Positions 51,980 through 62,687 of a stretch of 64,000 nucleotides of DNA are shown in pieces. The DNA is taken from contig CAMDFN010000003.1 of the NCBI GenBank assembly GCA_945897565.1, positions 48,508-112,507 of the forward strand, given 5' to 3'. A program made the position numbers and the translations under genes. A model generated the notes under the pieces. It saw only the letters and a program-made list of their open reading frames with translations, was not told the origin of the DNA and ran no database searches. Each line of letters begins with the position of its first letter. Position 1 is the stretch's first letter. The stretch is from Chryseobacterium gleum. GTDB lineage: Bacteria; Bacteroidota; Bacteroidia; Flavobacteriales_D; Crocinitomicaceae.

Positions 51980-52159
51980 ATGAGCTCAATCAAAATCAAA
52001 CTAGTGAAAAGTGCGATCAAGCGTCCAGCTGATCAAAAAGCTACAATCCAAGCTTTAGGTTTTCGTCGCTTGAACCAAGTTATAGAAAAAGAGGTAACTC
52101 CTCAAATTATGGGAATGGTGAATAAGGTAAAACACCTTATTCAAGTAGTGGAACAATAG
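51980..52159 (+). CDS. rpmD: 50S ribosomal protein L30 (absent from ORF track, 59 aa)
   Basis: Translated by hand as MSSIKIKLVKSAIKRPADQKATIQALGFRRLNQVIEKEVTPQIMGMVNKVKHLIQVVEQ*. It occupies the expected slot between rpsE and rplO. Confidence 0.9.
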   Translation: MSSIKIKLVKSAIKRPADQKATIQALGFRRLNQVIEKEVTPQIMGMVNKVKHLIQVVEQ

Positions 52160-52171
52160 ACTAAGAAAGAA

Positions 52172-52618
52172 ATGGAATTACATAATCTTACACCAGCAGC
52201 AGGCTCGATCAAAGCAGAAAAGCGTATCGGTCGTGGTCAAGGATCAGGACGCGGTGGTACCTCCACACGTGGACACAAGGGTGCAAAATCTCGTTCTGGT
52301 TACAAAACCAAAATTGGTTTTGAAGGTGGACAAATGCCTTTGCAGCGTCGCGTACCTAAATTTGGTTTTAAAAACATCAATCGTGTTGAATACAAAGCCA
52401 TTAATCTCGACATGATCGAAAACTTAGCCAACGTAAAAGGCATTCTGGACATCACTCCTGAAGTCATGCGTGAGAACGGTCTTTTATCGAACAACCAACT
52501 CGTCAAAGTACTTGGTCGTGGTGACTTGAAAGCGAAAGTAAACATTTCCGCCAACGGATTTTCAACCACAGCAATTGCTGCAATTGAAGCCTTAGGTGGT
52601 ACATGTACAAAAATCTAA
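52172..52618 (+). CDS. rplO: 50S ribosomal protein L15
   Basis: 148-aa ORF with the [18 protein letters not shown] motif. Confidence 0.95.
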   Translation: MELHNLTPAAGSIKAEKRIGRGQGSGRGGTSTRGHKGAKSRSGYKTKIGFEGGQMPLQRRVPKFGFKNINRVEYKAINLDMIENLANVKGILDITPEVMRENGLLSNNQLVKVLGRGDLKAKVNISANGFSTTAIAAIEALGGTCTKI

Positions 52619-52619
52619 C

Positions 52620-52627
52620 TATCTTTG
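52620..52627 (+). promoter_or_regulatory. Bacteroidota -7 box-like motif (TATCTTTG) in the rplO-secY spacer
   Basis: Exact copy of the box seen at gltX, rpsL and the flippase gene, 11 nt before the secY ATG. No clear -33 element. Confidence 0.3.
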
Positions 52628-52638
52628 CACGCTTTTAG

Positions 52639-53985
52639 ATGAAACGATTCATAACCAACCTGCAAAATATCTGGAAAGTTGAAGAGCTGCGCAAGCGCAT
52701 TCTCCTAACACTTGGCCTTATTCTTACTTACCGAGTAGGATCCTTCGTGATTTTGCCTGGTGTCAAATACGACGCCCTGACAACCACGGCTACAGACCAA
52801 AACTTTCTAGAAAGTATCCTCTCCGTGTTTTCGGGTGGAGGATTCTCCAATGCTTCGATTATGGCGCTTGGCATCATGCCTTACATCAGTGCCTCCATCA
52901 TCATGCAATTGTTAGGAATGGCTGTTCCAGCGGTTCAGAAATTGCAAAATGAAGGAGAATCAGGCAGAAAGCAAATCAATAACTACACGCGTCTTTTGAC
53001 CATCGTTATTTGTGCTTTACAAGCCCCTAGTTACCTTACGCTTTACGTAAGTAACAAAAATGCAATGCCCGATGATCCAAGTACCTTTTGGTGGACACAA
53101 ACCATCATGTTACTCATCGCAGGCTCTATGTTTGCAGTATGGTTAGGTGAACGCATCACTGAGCGCGGCATTGGCAACGGTATCTCTTTACTCATTACAG
53201 TCGGCATCCTATCTCGCCTACCTGGTGCATTCTTTGCAGAGTTTGGTAAATCTTTAGAAGCAGGCAACCTCATCCGCTTGGTTTTAGAAATCGTTATGTT
53301 CTTCTTGATCATCATGATCACCATTCTTATTGTTCAAGGCGTTAGGCGCATCCCGCTCAATACAGCGAAGCGCGTTGCCGGAGCAAGAGCAATGGAAGAT
53401 GTAAACGGCGCACGCAATTACTTGCCTATCAAAATCAATGCAAGTGGCGTAATGCCGATCATCTTTGCCCAAGCGATCATGACCATTCCAATCATGGTAT
53501 ACCAAGGAGTGACGCAGGAGCAGAACGCCGGATGGTTAACCAAGACCCTCGGAGATCCATACGGTTTTAGTTACAACCTTCTTTTGGTTGTTCTTATCGT
53601 GGTATTTACCTACTTCTACACCGCTATCATGATCAACCCAAACAAAATCGCCGATGACCTCAAAAAGAGCGGTGGTTTTATCCCAGGTGTTCGTCCAGGT
53701 GAAGAAACGGCAGAATATGTCGATCAAGTTGTATCTCGCATCACCTTTCCGGGATCATTATTCCTTGCCCTAATTGCTATTTTACCTTCTATTGCAAAAC
53801 TAGCAGGTGTAAATGACAGCTTTGCCATGTTCTTTGGTGGTACTTCCATTTTAATCATGGTGGGTGTAGTTTTAGACACCCTACAACAAATCGAAACTTA
53901 CCAACTCAACCGCAACATGGATTCACTCATGGACGGCACACGTGTAAGAGGTCGTAGAGGTGCTAACGAATTATCTGGAATGTAA
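52639..53985 (+). CDS. secY: Preprotein translocase subunit SecY
   Basis: 448-aa polytopic ORF in the spc-operon position with a SecY motif ([15 protein letters not shown]). Confidence 0.96.
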   Translation: MKRFITNLQNIWKVEELRKRILLTLGLILTYRVGSFVILPGVKYDALTTTATDQNFLESILSVFSGGGFSNASIMALGIMPYISASIIMQLLGMAVPAVQKLQNEGESGRKQINNYTRLLTIVICALQAPSYLTLYVSNKNAMPDDPSTFWWTQTIMLLIAGSMFAVWLGERITERGIGNGISLLITVGILSRLPGAFFAEFGKSLEAGNLIRLVLEIVMFFLIIMITILIVQGVRRIPLNTAKRVAGARAMEDVNGARNYLPIKINASGVMPIIFAQAIMTIPIMVYQGVTQEQNAGWLTKTLGDPYGFSYNLLLVVLIVVFTYFYTAIMINPNKIADDLKKSGGFIPGVRPGEETAEYVDQVVSRITFPGSLFLALIAILPSIAKLAGVNDSFAMFFGGTSILIMVGVVLDTLQQIETYQLNRNMDSLMDGTRVRGRRGANELSGM

Positions 53986-53989
53986 TAAG

Positions 53990-54208
53990 ATGGCTAAACA
54001 AACCTCCATAGAACAAGACGGAACAATACTCGAAGCGCTGCCCAACGCAATGTTTAGAGTAGAGCTCGAAAACGGACATGTCCTTACTGCTCATATTTCA
54101 GGCAAGATGCGCATGTTTTACATTAAAATACTTCCAGGAGACCGCGTAAAAGTAGAAATGTCTCCATATGATTTAACAAAAGGTAGAATATCTTTTAGAT
54201 ACAAATAA
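53990..54208 (+). CDS. infA: Translation initiation factor IF-1
   Basis: The start is moved to ATG 53990 ([30 protein letters not shown]), giving 72 aa. Confidence 0.95.
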   Translation: MAKQTSIEQDGTILEALPNAMFRVELENGHVLTAHISGKMRMFYIKILPGDRVKVEMSPYDLTKGRISFRYK

Positions 54209-54216
54209 CTAGAATT

Positions 54217-54333
54217 ATGAAAGTCAGAGCATCAGTTAAGAAGAGAACTGCAGATTGCAAGATTGTGAAGCGTAAAGGTAAAATTTACGTGATCAACAAG
54301 AAGAATCCGAAATTAAAACAACGTCAAGGATAA
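54217..54333 (+). CDS. rpmJ: 50S ribosomal protein L36 (non-zinc form; absent from ORF track, 38 aa)
   Basis: Translated by hand as [38 protein letters not shown]. It occupies the expected slot between infA and rpsM. Confidence 0.9.
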   Translation: MKVRASVKKRTADCKIVKRKGKIYVINKKNPKLKQRQG

Positions 54334-54343
54334 TTATAAGTAT

Positions 54344-54718
54344 ATGGCACGTATTGCAGGTATAGATTTACCAAAAAACAAAAGAGGAGTCATTGGCTTA
54401 ACTTACATCTACGGAATTGGTAGAAGTAAAGCTAAGATGATTTTGAACACAAACGGTATTGATGAAAACATCAAAGTCCAGGAATGGAATGATGACCAAT
54501 TAGCCGCTATTCGCAACACCGTTAATGAAATCAAAACGGAAGGTCAGTTGCGCTCAGAAGTTCAGTTGAACATCAAGCGCCTCATGGACATCGGATGTCA
54601 GCGCGGGATTCGTCACCGTTTAGGTTTACCGCTTCGTGGTCAAAGAACCAAAAACAACTCTCGCACACGTAAAGGAAAACGTAAGACTGTTGCGAATAAG
54701 AAAAAAGCAACGAAATAA
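54344..54718 (+). CDS. rpsM: 30S ribosomal protein S13
   Basis: 124-aa ORF starting [10 protein letters not shown]. Confidence 0.96.
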   Translation: MARIAGIDLPKNKRGVIGLTYIYGIGRSKAKMILNTNGIDENIKVQEWNDDQLAAIRNTVNEIKTEGQLRSEVQLNIKRLMDIGCQRGIRHRLGLPLRGQRTKNNSRTRKGKRKTVANKKKATK

Positions 54719-54736
54719 TAATTAGTTCCCAATAAA

Positions 54737-55123
54737 ATGGCAAAAGCAAATCAAAAAAAGAAGAAGAACGTTAAAGTTGATGCTGCCGGAGAAGCGCATA
54801 TTCAAGCGAGTTTCAATAACATCATCATTTCTTTAACGAACAATGCCGGACAAGTGATCTCTTGGTCATCTGCAGGCAAGATGGGCTTCAAAGGTTCTAA
54901 AAAGAACACGCCTTATGCTGCACAAATCGCAGCAGAAGACGCATCAAAAGAAGCACATGACTTCGGACTACGTAGAGTGCGTGTTTATGTAAAAGGCCCA
55001 GGTGCTGGACGCGAGTCTGCCATCCGTGCACTTCACAATTCAGGTATTGAAGTAACAGAAATCGTTGACGTGACTCCAATGCCACACAACGGTTGTCGTC
55101 CTCCAAAAAGAAGAAGAGTATAG
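54737..55123 (+). CDS. rpsK: 30S ribosomal protein S11
   Basis: 128-aa ORF with [11 protein letters not shown] and the C-terminal [16 protein letters not shown]. Confidence 0.96.
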   Translation: MAKANQKKKKNVKVDAAGEAHIQASFNNIIISLTNNAGQVISWSSAGKMGFKGSKKNTPYAAQIAAEDASKEAHDFGLRRVRVYVKGPGAGRESAIRALHNSGIEVTEIVDVTPMPHNGCRPPKRRRV

Positions 55124-55197
55124 TTTTTTTTAACCTGCGGGCTTAGTGTCATCGAAGGAATGCCTTAATTCATGACGCCTGCACAATATTTTATATA

Positions 55198-55806
55198 ATG
55201 GCAAGATACAGAGGTCCTAAATCAAAAATTGCGCGTCGTTTCCGCGATCCAATTTTTGGCCCAGACAAATCCTTGGAAAGAAGAAATTACGGACCAGGAC
55301 AACACGGCCCATCTAAAAGAAGAGGTGGCAAGCAATCTGAATATGCGGTACAATTAGGTGAAAAGCAAAAAGCGAAGTACACTTATGGTATCCTTGAGCG
55401 TCAGTTTGCGAATATGTTTGAGAAAGCATCACGCATGAAAGGAATTACCGGTGAAGTCTTATTGCAACTTTGCGAAGCACGCTTAGACAATACAGTTTAT
55501 CGCTTAGGTATCTCTCCTACACGTCGTGGAGCTCGTCAGCTTGTTTCTCACAAACACATTACAGTAAACGGTGAAGTTGTAAACATCCCTTCTTATACTT
55601 TGCGTATTGGTGACGTCGTAGGCGTTCGCGAAAAATCAAAGTCTTTAGAAGCAGTTACAGGTTCCCTTACGGCTAGTAACAAAACATATGATTGGCTTGA
55701 TTGGGATTCATCAAGTATGAGCGGTAGATTATTAAGCCTACCAGCAAGAGAAATGATCCCAGAAAATATTCGCGAGCAATTGATCGTCGAATTGTATTCT
55801 AAATAA
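55198..55806 (+). CDS. rpsD: 30S ribosomal protein S4
   Basis: 202-aa ORF starting MARYRGPK, with an S4 RNA-binding domain ([10 protein letters not shown]). Confidence 0.96.
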   Translation: MARYRGPKSKIARRFRDPIFGPDKSLERRNYGPGQHGPSKRRGGKQSEYAVQLGEKQKAKYTYGILERQFANMFEKASRMKGITGEVLLQLCEARLDNTVYRLGISPTRRGARQLVSHKHITVNGEVVNIPSYTLRIGDVVGVREKSKSLEAVTGSLTASNKTYDWLDWDSSSMSGRLLSLPAREMIPENIREQLIVELYSK

Positions 55807-55822
55807 CCCTAAGCGATAGAAA

Positions 55823-56815
55823 ATGGCAATATTGGATTTTCAAAAACCTGACAAGGTTATCATGCTCAACTCCGATGATTTCAACGGTGAATTTGAGTTT
55901 CGTCCGCTAGAACCGGGCTACGGAATTACTATTGGTAACTCCCTGCGTCGAATTTTGCTTTCTTCCTTAGAAGGTTTTGCAATTTCGTCTATAAAAATTC
56001 AAGGTGCAGACCATGAATTCACTACCCTCAAAGGTATCGTAGAAGACGTTACAGAAATTGTTCTAAACCTCAAGCAAGTGCGCTTCAAGCGTCAAATCGA
56101 AGGAACAGACGCTGAAACTGTAATCGTTTCAGTGAGCAATCAACAACAACTCACAGCCGGTGATCTTGGTAAATTTACAAGTGCGTTCCAGGTGTTAAAC
56201 CCTGACCTCGTTATTTGTAATATGGAGTCTTCAGTTAAATTTGAAATGGAGCTTACGATTGTTAAAGGTCGTGGTTATGTGCCAGCAGATGAAAACAAAT
56301 CTGCAAACGCTGCTTTCGGAACTATATGCATTGACTCTATTTTTACACCAATTGTCAATGTACAATACAGTATCGAAAACTACCGTGTTGAGCAGAAAAC
56401 CGACTATGAGAAATTGGTATTCCACATCAAAACAGATGGATCTATTCATCCTAAAGATGCATTGAAAGAAGCTGCTAAAATTTTGATTCACCACTTCATG
56501 TTGTTCTCTGATGAGCGCATCACTTTAGACAGTGAAACCAAAGCTGAGTCAGAAGAATTTGATGAAACGTCACTACACATGCGTCAATTGCTCAAAACCA
56601 AATTGGTGGATATGGACCTTTCAGTTCGTGCCCTCAATTGCTTGAAAGCTGCAGATGTAGAAACCCTCGGTGACCTCGTATCCTATGCCAAATCTGATTT
56701 ATTGAAATTCAGAAACTTTGGCAAGAAATCATTGACTGAGCTAGAAGACCTCGTCGATAGCAAAGGCCTGACTTTCGGTATGAATGTCGCAAAATATAAA
56801 TTAGACAGAGATTAA
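55823..56815 (+). CDS. rpoA: DNA-directed RNA polymerase subunit alpha
   Basis: 330-aa ORF with an N-terminal dimerisation domain ([11 protein letters not shown]) and a C-terminal HhH domain ([10 protein letters not shown]). Confidence 0.96.
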   Translation: MAILDFQKPDKVIMLNSDDFNGEFEFRPLEPGYGITIGNSLRRILLSSLEGFAISSIKIQGADHEFTTLKGIVEDVTEIVLNLKQVRFKRQIEGTDAETVIVSVSNQQQLTAGDLGKFTSAFQVLNPDLVICNMESSVKFEMELTIVKGRGYVPADENKSANAAFGTICIDSIFTPIVNVQYSIENYRVEQKTDYEKLVFHIKTDGSIHPKDALKEAAKILIHHFMLFSDERITLDSETKAESEEFDETSLHMRQLLKTKLVDMDLSVRALNCLKAADVETLGDLVSYAKSDLLKFRNFGKKSLTELEDLVDSKGLTFGMNVAKYKLDRD

Positions 56816-56826
56816 GATTTTAAGTC

Positions 56827-57285
56827 ATGAGACACGGAAATAAAGTAAATCACTTAGGAAGAAAGACCGGCCACCGCAAAGCAATGCTTCAAAATATGGC
56901 TTGTTCTTTGATCGAACACAAGCGCATCAATACCACTATTGCAAAAGCAAAATCTTTGCGTGTATTTGTTGAGCCATTGCTCACCAAATCAAAAACCGAT
57001 TCTACACACTCGCGTCGTGTTGTCTTCTCTTACCTTCAAAGTAAAGAAGCCGTTACCGAATTATTTAGAGAGGTTGCGCCAAAAATTGCAAACCGCGAAG
57101 GTGGTTACACACGCATCATCCGCACTGGTTACCGTTTAGGTGACAACGCCGAAATGTGTATGATTGAATTCGTTGACTTCAATGAAATATACAGCAACAA
57201 CGAAAGCAAGAAAACAACGCGTCGTTCACGCCGTGGTGGAAAAGCTAACGTAGGGGTTAGCGCAACTACTGTTGAAGCAACGTGA
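56827..57285 (+). CDS. rplQ: 50S ribosomal protein L17 (as terminated by TGA 57283-57285; see finding on in-frame tail)
   Basis: 152-aa ORF starting [21 protein letters not shown]. It is the last gene of the alpha operon. Confidence 0.93.
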   Translation: MRHGNKVNHLGRKTGHRKAMLQNMACSLIEHKRINTTIAKAKSLRVFVEPLLTKSKTDSTHSRRVVFSYLQSKEAVTELFREVAPKIANREGGYTRIIRTGYRLGDNAEMCMIEFVDFNEIYSNNESKKTTRRSRRGGKANVGVSATTVEAT

Positions 57286-57447
57286 GTTGCAGAAGTTGTT
57301 GAAGAAGCTCCAGTTGCAGAAGTTGTTGAAGAAGCTCCAGCGGCAGAAGTTGTTGAAGAAGCTCCAGCGGCAGAAGTTGTTGAAGAAGCTCCAGCGGCAG
57401 AAGTTGTTGAAGAAGCTCCAGCTACAGAAGTTGTTGAAGAAACACCA
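57286..57447 (+). repeat. Six tandem 27-nt units ((V/A)AEVVEEAP in the rplQ frame)
   Basis: Units 1-2 are identical (gttgcagaagttgttgaagaagctcca). Units 3-5 are identical (gcggcagaagttgttgaagaagctcca). Unit 6 is diverged (gctacagaagttgttgaagaaacacca). Confidence 0.95.
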
Positions 57448-57524
57448 GCTACAGAATCAACTGAAGAAGCAGGTTCTGCGACTGAAGAAGAGAAAACAGA
57501 AGAATAAATTGACAATATGTTGAT

Positions 57525-57553
57525 AAAAAAGGCGGACAATGTCCGCCTTTTTT
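57525..57553 (+). terminator. Rho-independent terminator of the ribosomal protein/alpha operon
   Basis: AAAAAAGGCGGAC-AAT-GTCCGCCTTTTTT, located 18 nt after TAA 57505-57507. Confidence 0.8.
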
Positions 57554-57586
57554 GTTTTTATACCCCTCCTATTTTGACAAAGTCCT

Positions 57587-57594
57587 TAATTTTG
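57587..57594 (+). promoter_or_regulatory. Bacteroidota -7 box (TAATTTTG) upstream of carA
   Basis: TAnnTTTG match 14 nt before ATG 57609. Confidence 0.4.
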
Positions 57595-57608
57595 AAGAAA
57601 ATTTTTAA

Positions 57609-59998
<2,390 letters not shown>

Positions 59999-60436
59999 TT
60001 GGCTCGCTTTAACCTGCGTGTTTACGCCTTAATCATCAACGAATTCGACGAGATTTTACTCTCTGATGAATGTCGGTTCGGAACTTTCTTTACCAAATTT
60101 CCTGGTGGAGGTGTTGAAGCTGGAGAGGGCATCAAAGACGCTTTGTTTAGAGAGCTTCAAGAAGAACTCGGGTTGGTACAGACAGCCGCTGATTTCTTTT
60201 ACGTCAATGAATTTCATCAGCTTTCCGCTTTTGACCAAAGCAATTTAGTGGCCTTTTACTACCTCATCAAATTGAAACGAAATGTGCTTCTTTTTGATGA
60301 AAAATATCAAATTCCTTTTTCGGAAGAACAAGAAAAGCAACGCTGGGTGAGACTTCAAGAACTTGAAACCACCACGCTTACTTTTCCGATTGATCAGATG
60401 GTGTTGGAGAAACTAAAAGTAGATTTTACTTCTTGA
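59999..60436 (+). CDS. NUDIX hydrolase
   Basis: 145-aa ORF with a TTG start directly after the eno stop. A Nudix box is present (GGGVEAGEGIKDALFRELQEELG). Confidence 0.75.
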   Translation: MARFNLRVYALIINEFDEILLSDECRFGTFFTKFPGGGVEAGEGIKDALFRELQEELGLVQTAADFFYVNEFHQLSAFDQSNLVAFYYLIKLKRNVLLFDEKYQIPFSEEQEKQRWVRLQELETTTLTFPIDQMVLEKLKVDFTS

Positions 60437-61316
60437 AATTTGGCGCCACAACAAGATCTTTGGTGCCGTGTGCCCAGGCATAAAAACCTTCACCCGACTT
60501 CACGCCTTTTTTACCTGCCATGACCATATTGACCAATAACGGACACGGTGCGTATTTTGGATTGCCAAAACCGTCGTGCAAGACCTCTAAAATGGCCAAG
60601 CAGACATCCAGACCAATGAAATCGGCCAATTGAAGCGGCCCCATTGGATGGGCCATTCCGAGTTTCATGACGGTATCGATTTCTTCTACACCCGCCACAC
60701 CTTCAAATAAAGTATAAATAGCTTCGTTGATCATCGGCATAAGGATGCGGTTGGCTACAAAACCTGGGTAGTCATTGACCTCAACCGGAGCTTTAGACAA
60801 ACTGCGCGAGGTTTCCATGATGAGTTGCGTGACCTCATCTGATGTGGAATAACCGCGGATGATTTCGACTAGTTTCATGACCGGAACCGGATTCATAAAG
60901 TGCATGCCAATGACTTTGTCTGGTCGGTTGGTGACAGCCGCAATTTTGGTGATAGAGATAGAAGAGGTGTTGGTCGCGAGAATAACTTCTGGCGCTGTAA
61001 ACGCATCGAGGTCTTTGAATATCTGAAGTTTGAGCGCTACATTTTCTGTAGCCGCCTCAACTACTAATTCTACGCCTTTTACGCCTTCTGACATATTGGA
61101 AAAAGTAGAGAGGTTTTGAAGCGTTTGGGTTTTTTGGGCTTCCGTGAGGCTTCCTTTGGCTACTTGGCGGTCGAGGTTTTTAGAAATGGTACCGATAGCG
61201 CGTTCGAGGGCGGCCTCTGAAACATCGATCAGGTTGACGTTGTATCCAAATTGGGCAAAGACGTGTGCGATGCCGTTACCCATGGTGCCTGCACCAATTA
61301 CTGCTACGTTTTTCAT
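60426..61316 (-). CDS. 3-hydroxyacyl-CoA / 3-hydroxybutyryl-CoA dehydrogenase
   Basis: It has a Rossmann motif (VAVIGAGTMGNGIA) and a 3HCDH C-terminal domain. ATG 61316 is preferred over the track start (GTG 61334), which overlaps a -7 box. Confidence 0.88.
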   Translation of the reverse strand: MKNVAVIGAGTMGNGIAHVFAQFGYNVNLIDVSEAALERAIGTISKNLDRQVAKGSLTEAQKTQTLQNLSTFSNMSEGVKGVELVVEAATENVALKLQIFKDLDAFTAPEVILATNTSSISITKIAAVTNRPDKVIGMHFMNPVPVMKLVEIIRGYSTSDEVTQLIMETSRSLSKAPVEVNDYPGFVANRILMPMINEAIYTLFEGVAGVEEIDTVMKLGMAHPMGPLQLADFIGLDVCLAILEVLHDGFGNPKYAPCPLLVNMVMAGKKGVKSGEGFYAWAHGTKDLVVAPNFKK

Positions 61317-61333
61317 TTTGTTGAAAGTTTGCA

Positions 61334-61341
61334 CAAATATA
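61334..61341 (-). promoter_or_regulatory. Bacteroidota -7 box (TATATTTG, minus strand) upstream of the 3-hydroxyacyl-CoA dehydrogenase gene
   Basis: The reverse complement of caaatata lies 17 nt before ATG 61316. Confidence 0.4.
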
Positions 61342-61388
61342 CTGCTCCTATGTTATTTGCGCTAAAAATGAATACATTTTGATTTGAT

Positions 61389-61396
61389 TATCTTTG
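61389..61396 (+). promoter_or_regulatory. Bacteroidota -7 box (TATCTTTG) upstream of flippase-like gene
   Basis: TAnnTTTG match 16 nt before ATG 61413. Confidence 0.45.
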
Positions 61397-61412
61397 TAGT
61401 CTGAGCTTACTT

Positions 61413-62687
61413 ATGTATCAACGAATCCGCCAATATTTTTCCAACTCCGGACTGCTTCGCAATTCAGCGACCTTAATTATTGGTACCGTATTCGCTCAAC
61501 TCATCCCCATTCTATTTCAGCCCCTACTCCGGAGAATGTTCACTGCTGAAGAATTTGGAACTGCCGCGCTATATGTAACCGCCGTAGGCATGCTCGTTGC
61601 CATCGCCAATCTCAAGTATGAGAGTGCTATTGTGTTGCCAGAAGACGACCGAGAAGCCAATCATTTAGTTGCCGGAGGCGTCTTGATTACAGCTGTTATT
61701 GCATTGATTCTATGGTTTATTGTATTTCTAAATGAATCCTGGATTGTCAAACGCTTTTCCTTGAACGCAGACGAAGCTTGGTATCTCCATTTATTGCCAT
61801 TCAGTATTTTTTTGGTCAGTAGTTTTCAGTGCTTTAATTTATACCTGATCCGAAAAAAGGCCTTCAAAGATGCGGCTAAAAATAAAGTCTACCGCAGAAC
61901 CACAGAAGCGGCTGCACAGAGCGCAAGTGGCTATTTTGGCAGCAGCACGGGTTTGCTTTTCGGAAATCTAGTAGGTGATATCATCAATTTTTTTGGTGGG
62001 TTTTGGCAGGCCAAAAGAATGGGACTCAATTTTGCTTTTCGCCTCCAAAATATCATTCCAACGCTTCAAAAGTATTGGCGCTTTCCAATTTACCATGCCT
62101 TTCCTTCTCTGCTCAACACCATTAGCCTGACACTTCCAGTTTTTATTGTGAATGCCGCCTTTGGAAAAGCACAAACGGGGCAGTTTGACCTCAGTAGAAT
62201 GGTGCTATCCTTGCCCATGGCGCTCATTTCAATTTCGCTTTCTCAAGTATATTTACAGCACCAGGCAGAGCGCATTCGCAAGCAGCAGGCCATTGTACCC
62301 GACTTTAAAAAAGTGAGCCTGACACTTCTATTATTGAGCATGCCACTCGCCGTTTTTTTACTACTTTTTGCCACTCCCCTATTCGCATTTGTTTTTGGAG
62401 CTGAGTGGCGCCTCGCCGGTCAGCTCACCGGCGTACTGATTTTTGGTCAGACCCTCAAATTTGTGGTTTCACCCTTGAGCTCTACCTTGGTAGCACTCCA
62501 AGAAGTTCGCTTCAGTGCCATTTGGCAAATCCTTTACTTTGCCGCCATGCTTTGGCTATATTTGAATCCGGGACAGCGTATTCAAGATTTTGTGTGGCGT
62601 TATTGCCTCGTGGACCTCATTGCTTACAGCTTATATTACGCGCTGATCTACAACCGAGTCAGGCACTACGAAAAAAGTCGGGTATGA
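61413..62687 (+). CDS. Polysaccharide biosynthesis protein, Wzx-like oligosaccharide flippase (MOP superfamily)
   Basis: 424-aa ORF with many predicted TM segments. The N-terminal pattern (LLRNSATLIIGTVFAQLIPILFQPLLRRMF) resembles the Polysacc_synt family. Confidence 0.65.
   Translation: MYQRIRQYFSNSGLLRNSATLIIGTVFAQLIPILFQPLLRRMFTAEEFGTAALYVTAVGMLVAIANLKYESAIVLPEDDREANHLVAGGVLITAVIALILWFIVFLNESWIVKRFSLNADEAWYLHLLPFSIFLVSSFQCFNLYLIRKKAFKDAAKNKVYRRTTEAAAQSASGYFGSSTGLLFGNLVGDIINFFGGFWQAKRMGLNFAFRLQNIIPTLQKYWRFPIYHAFPSLLNTISLTLPVFIVNAAFGKAQTGQFDLSRMVLSLPMALISISLSQVYLQHQAERIRKQQAIVPDFKKVSLTLLLLSMPLAVFLLLFATPLFAFVFGAEWRLAGQLTGVLIFGQTLKFVVSPLSSTLVALQEVRFSAIWQILYFAAMLWLYLNPGQRIQDFVWRYCLVDLIAYSLYYALIYNRVRHYEKSRV

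Noticed and set aside
57283-57285. TGA as selenocysteine or a genome-wide reassigned sense codon
   Set aside because: TGA ends many normal-length genes in this window, for example at 1358-1360, 2257-2259 and 4722-4724. No SECIS-like hairpin follows 57285; the downstream sequence is a simple tandem repeat.
57129-57539. 136-aa minus-strand ORF (Ser/Thr/Ala-rich repeats) and 83-aa plus-strand ORF 57272..57523 (QKLLKKL repeats) over the rplQ tail repeat
   Set aside because: Both are alternative-frame readings of the same 27-nt repeat. The minus-strand ORF overlaps the rplQ 3' end and the terminator hairpin and has no promoter box. The K/L/Q frame has unfavourable codons. Only the rplQ frame gives the codon usage typical of ribosomal protein genes.
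62405-62683. N-terminal 93-codon extension of the membrane protein ORF, overlapping the flippase gene
   Set aside because: The extension is Arg/Pro/Ser-rich and lies out of frame inside the flippase gene. ATG 62684 gives an ATGA stop-start overlap and a sensible hydrophobic N-terminus.
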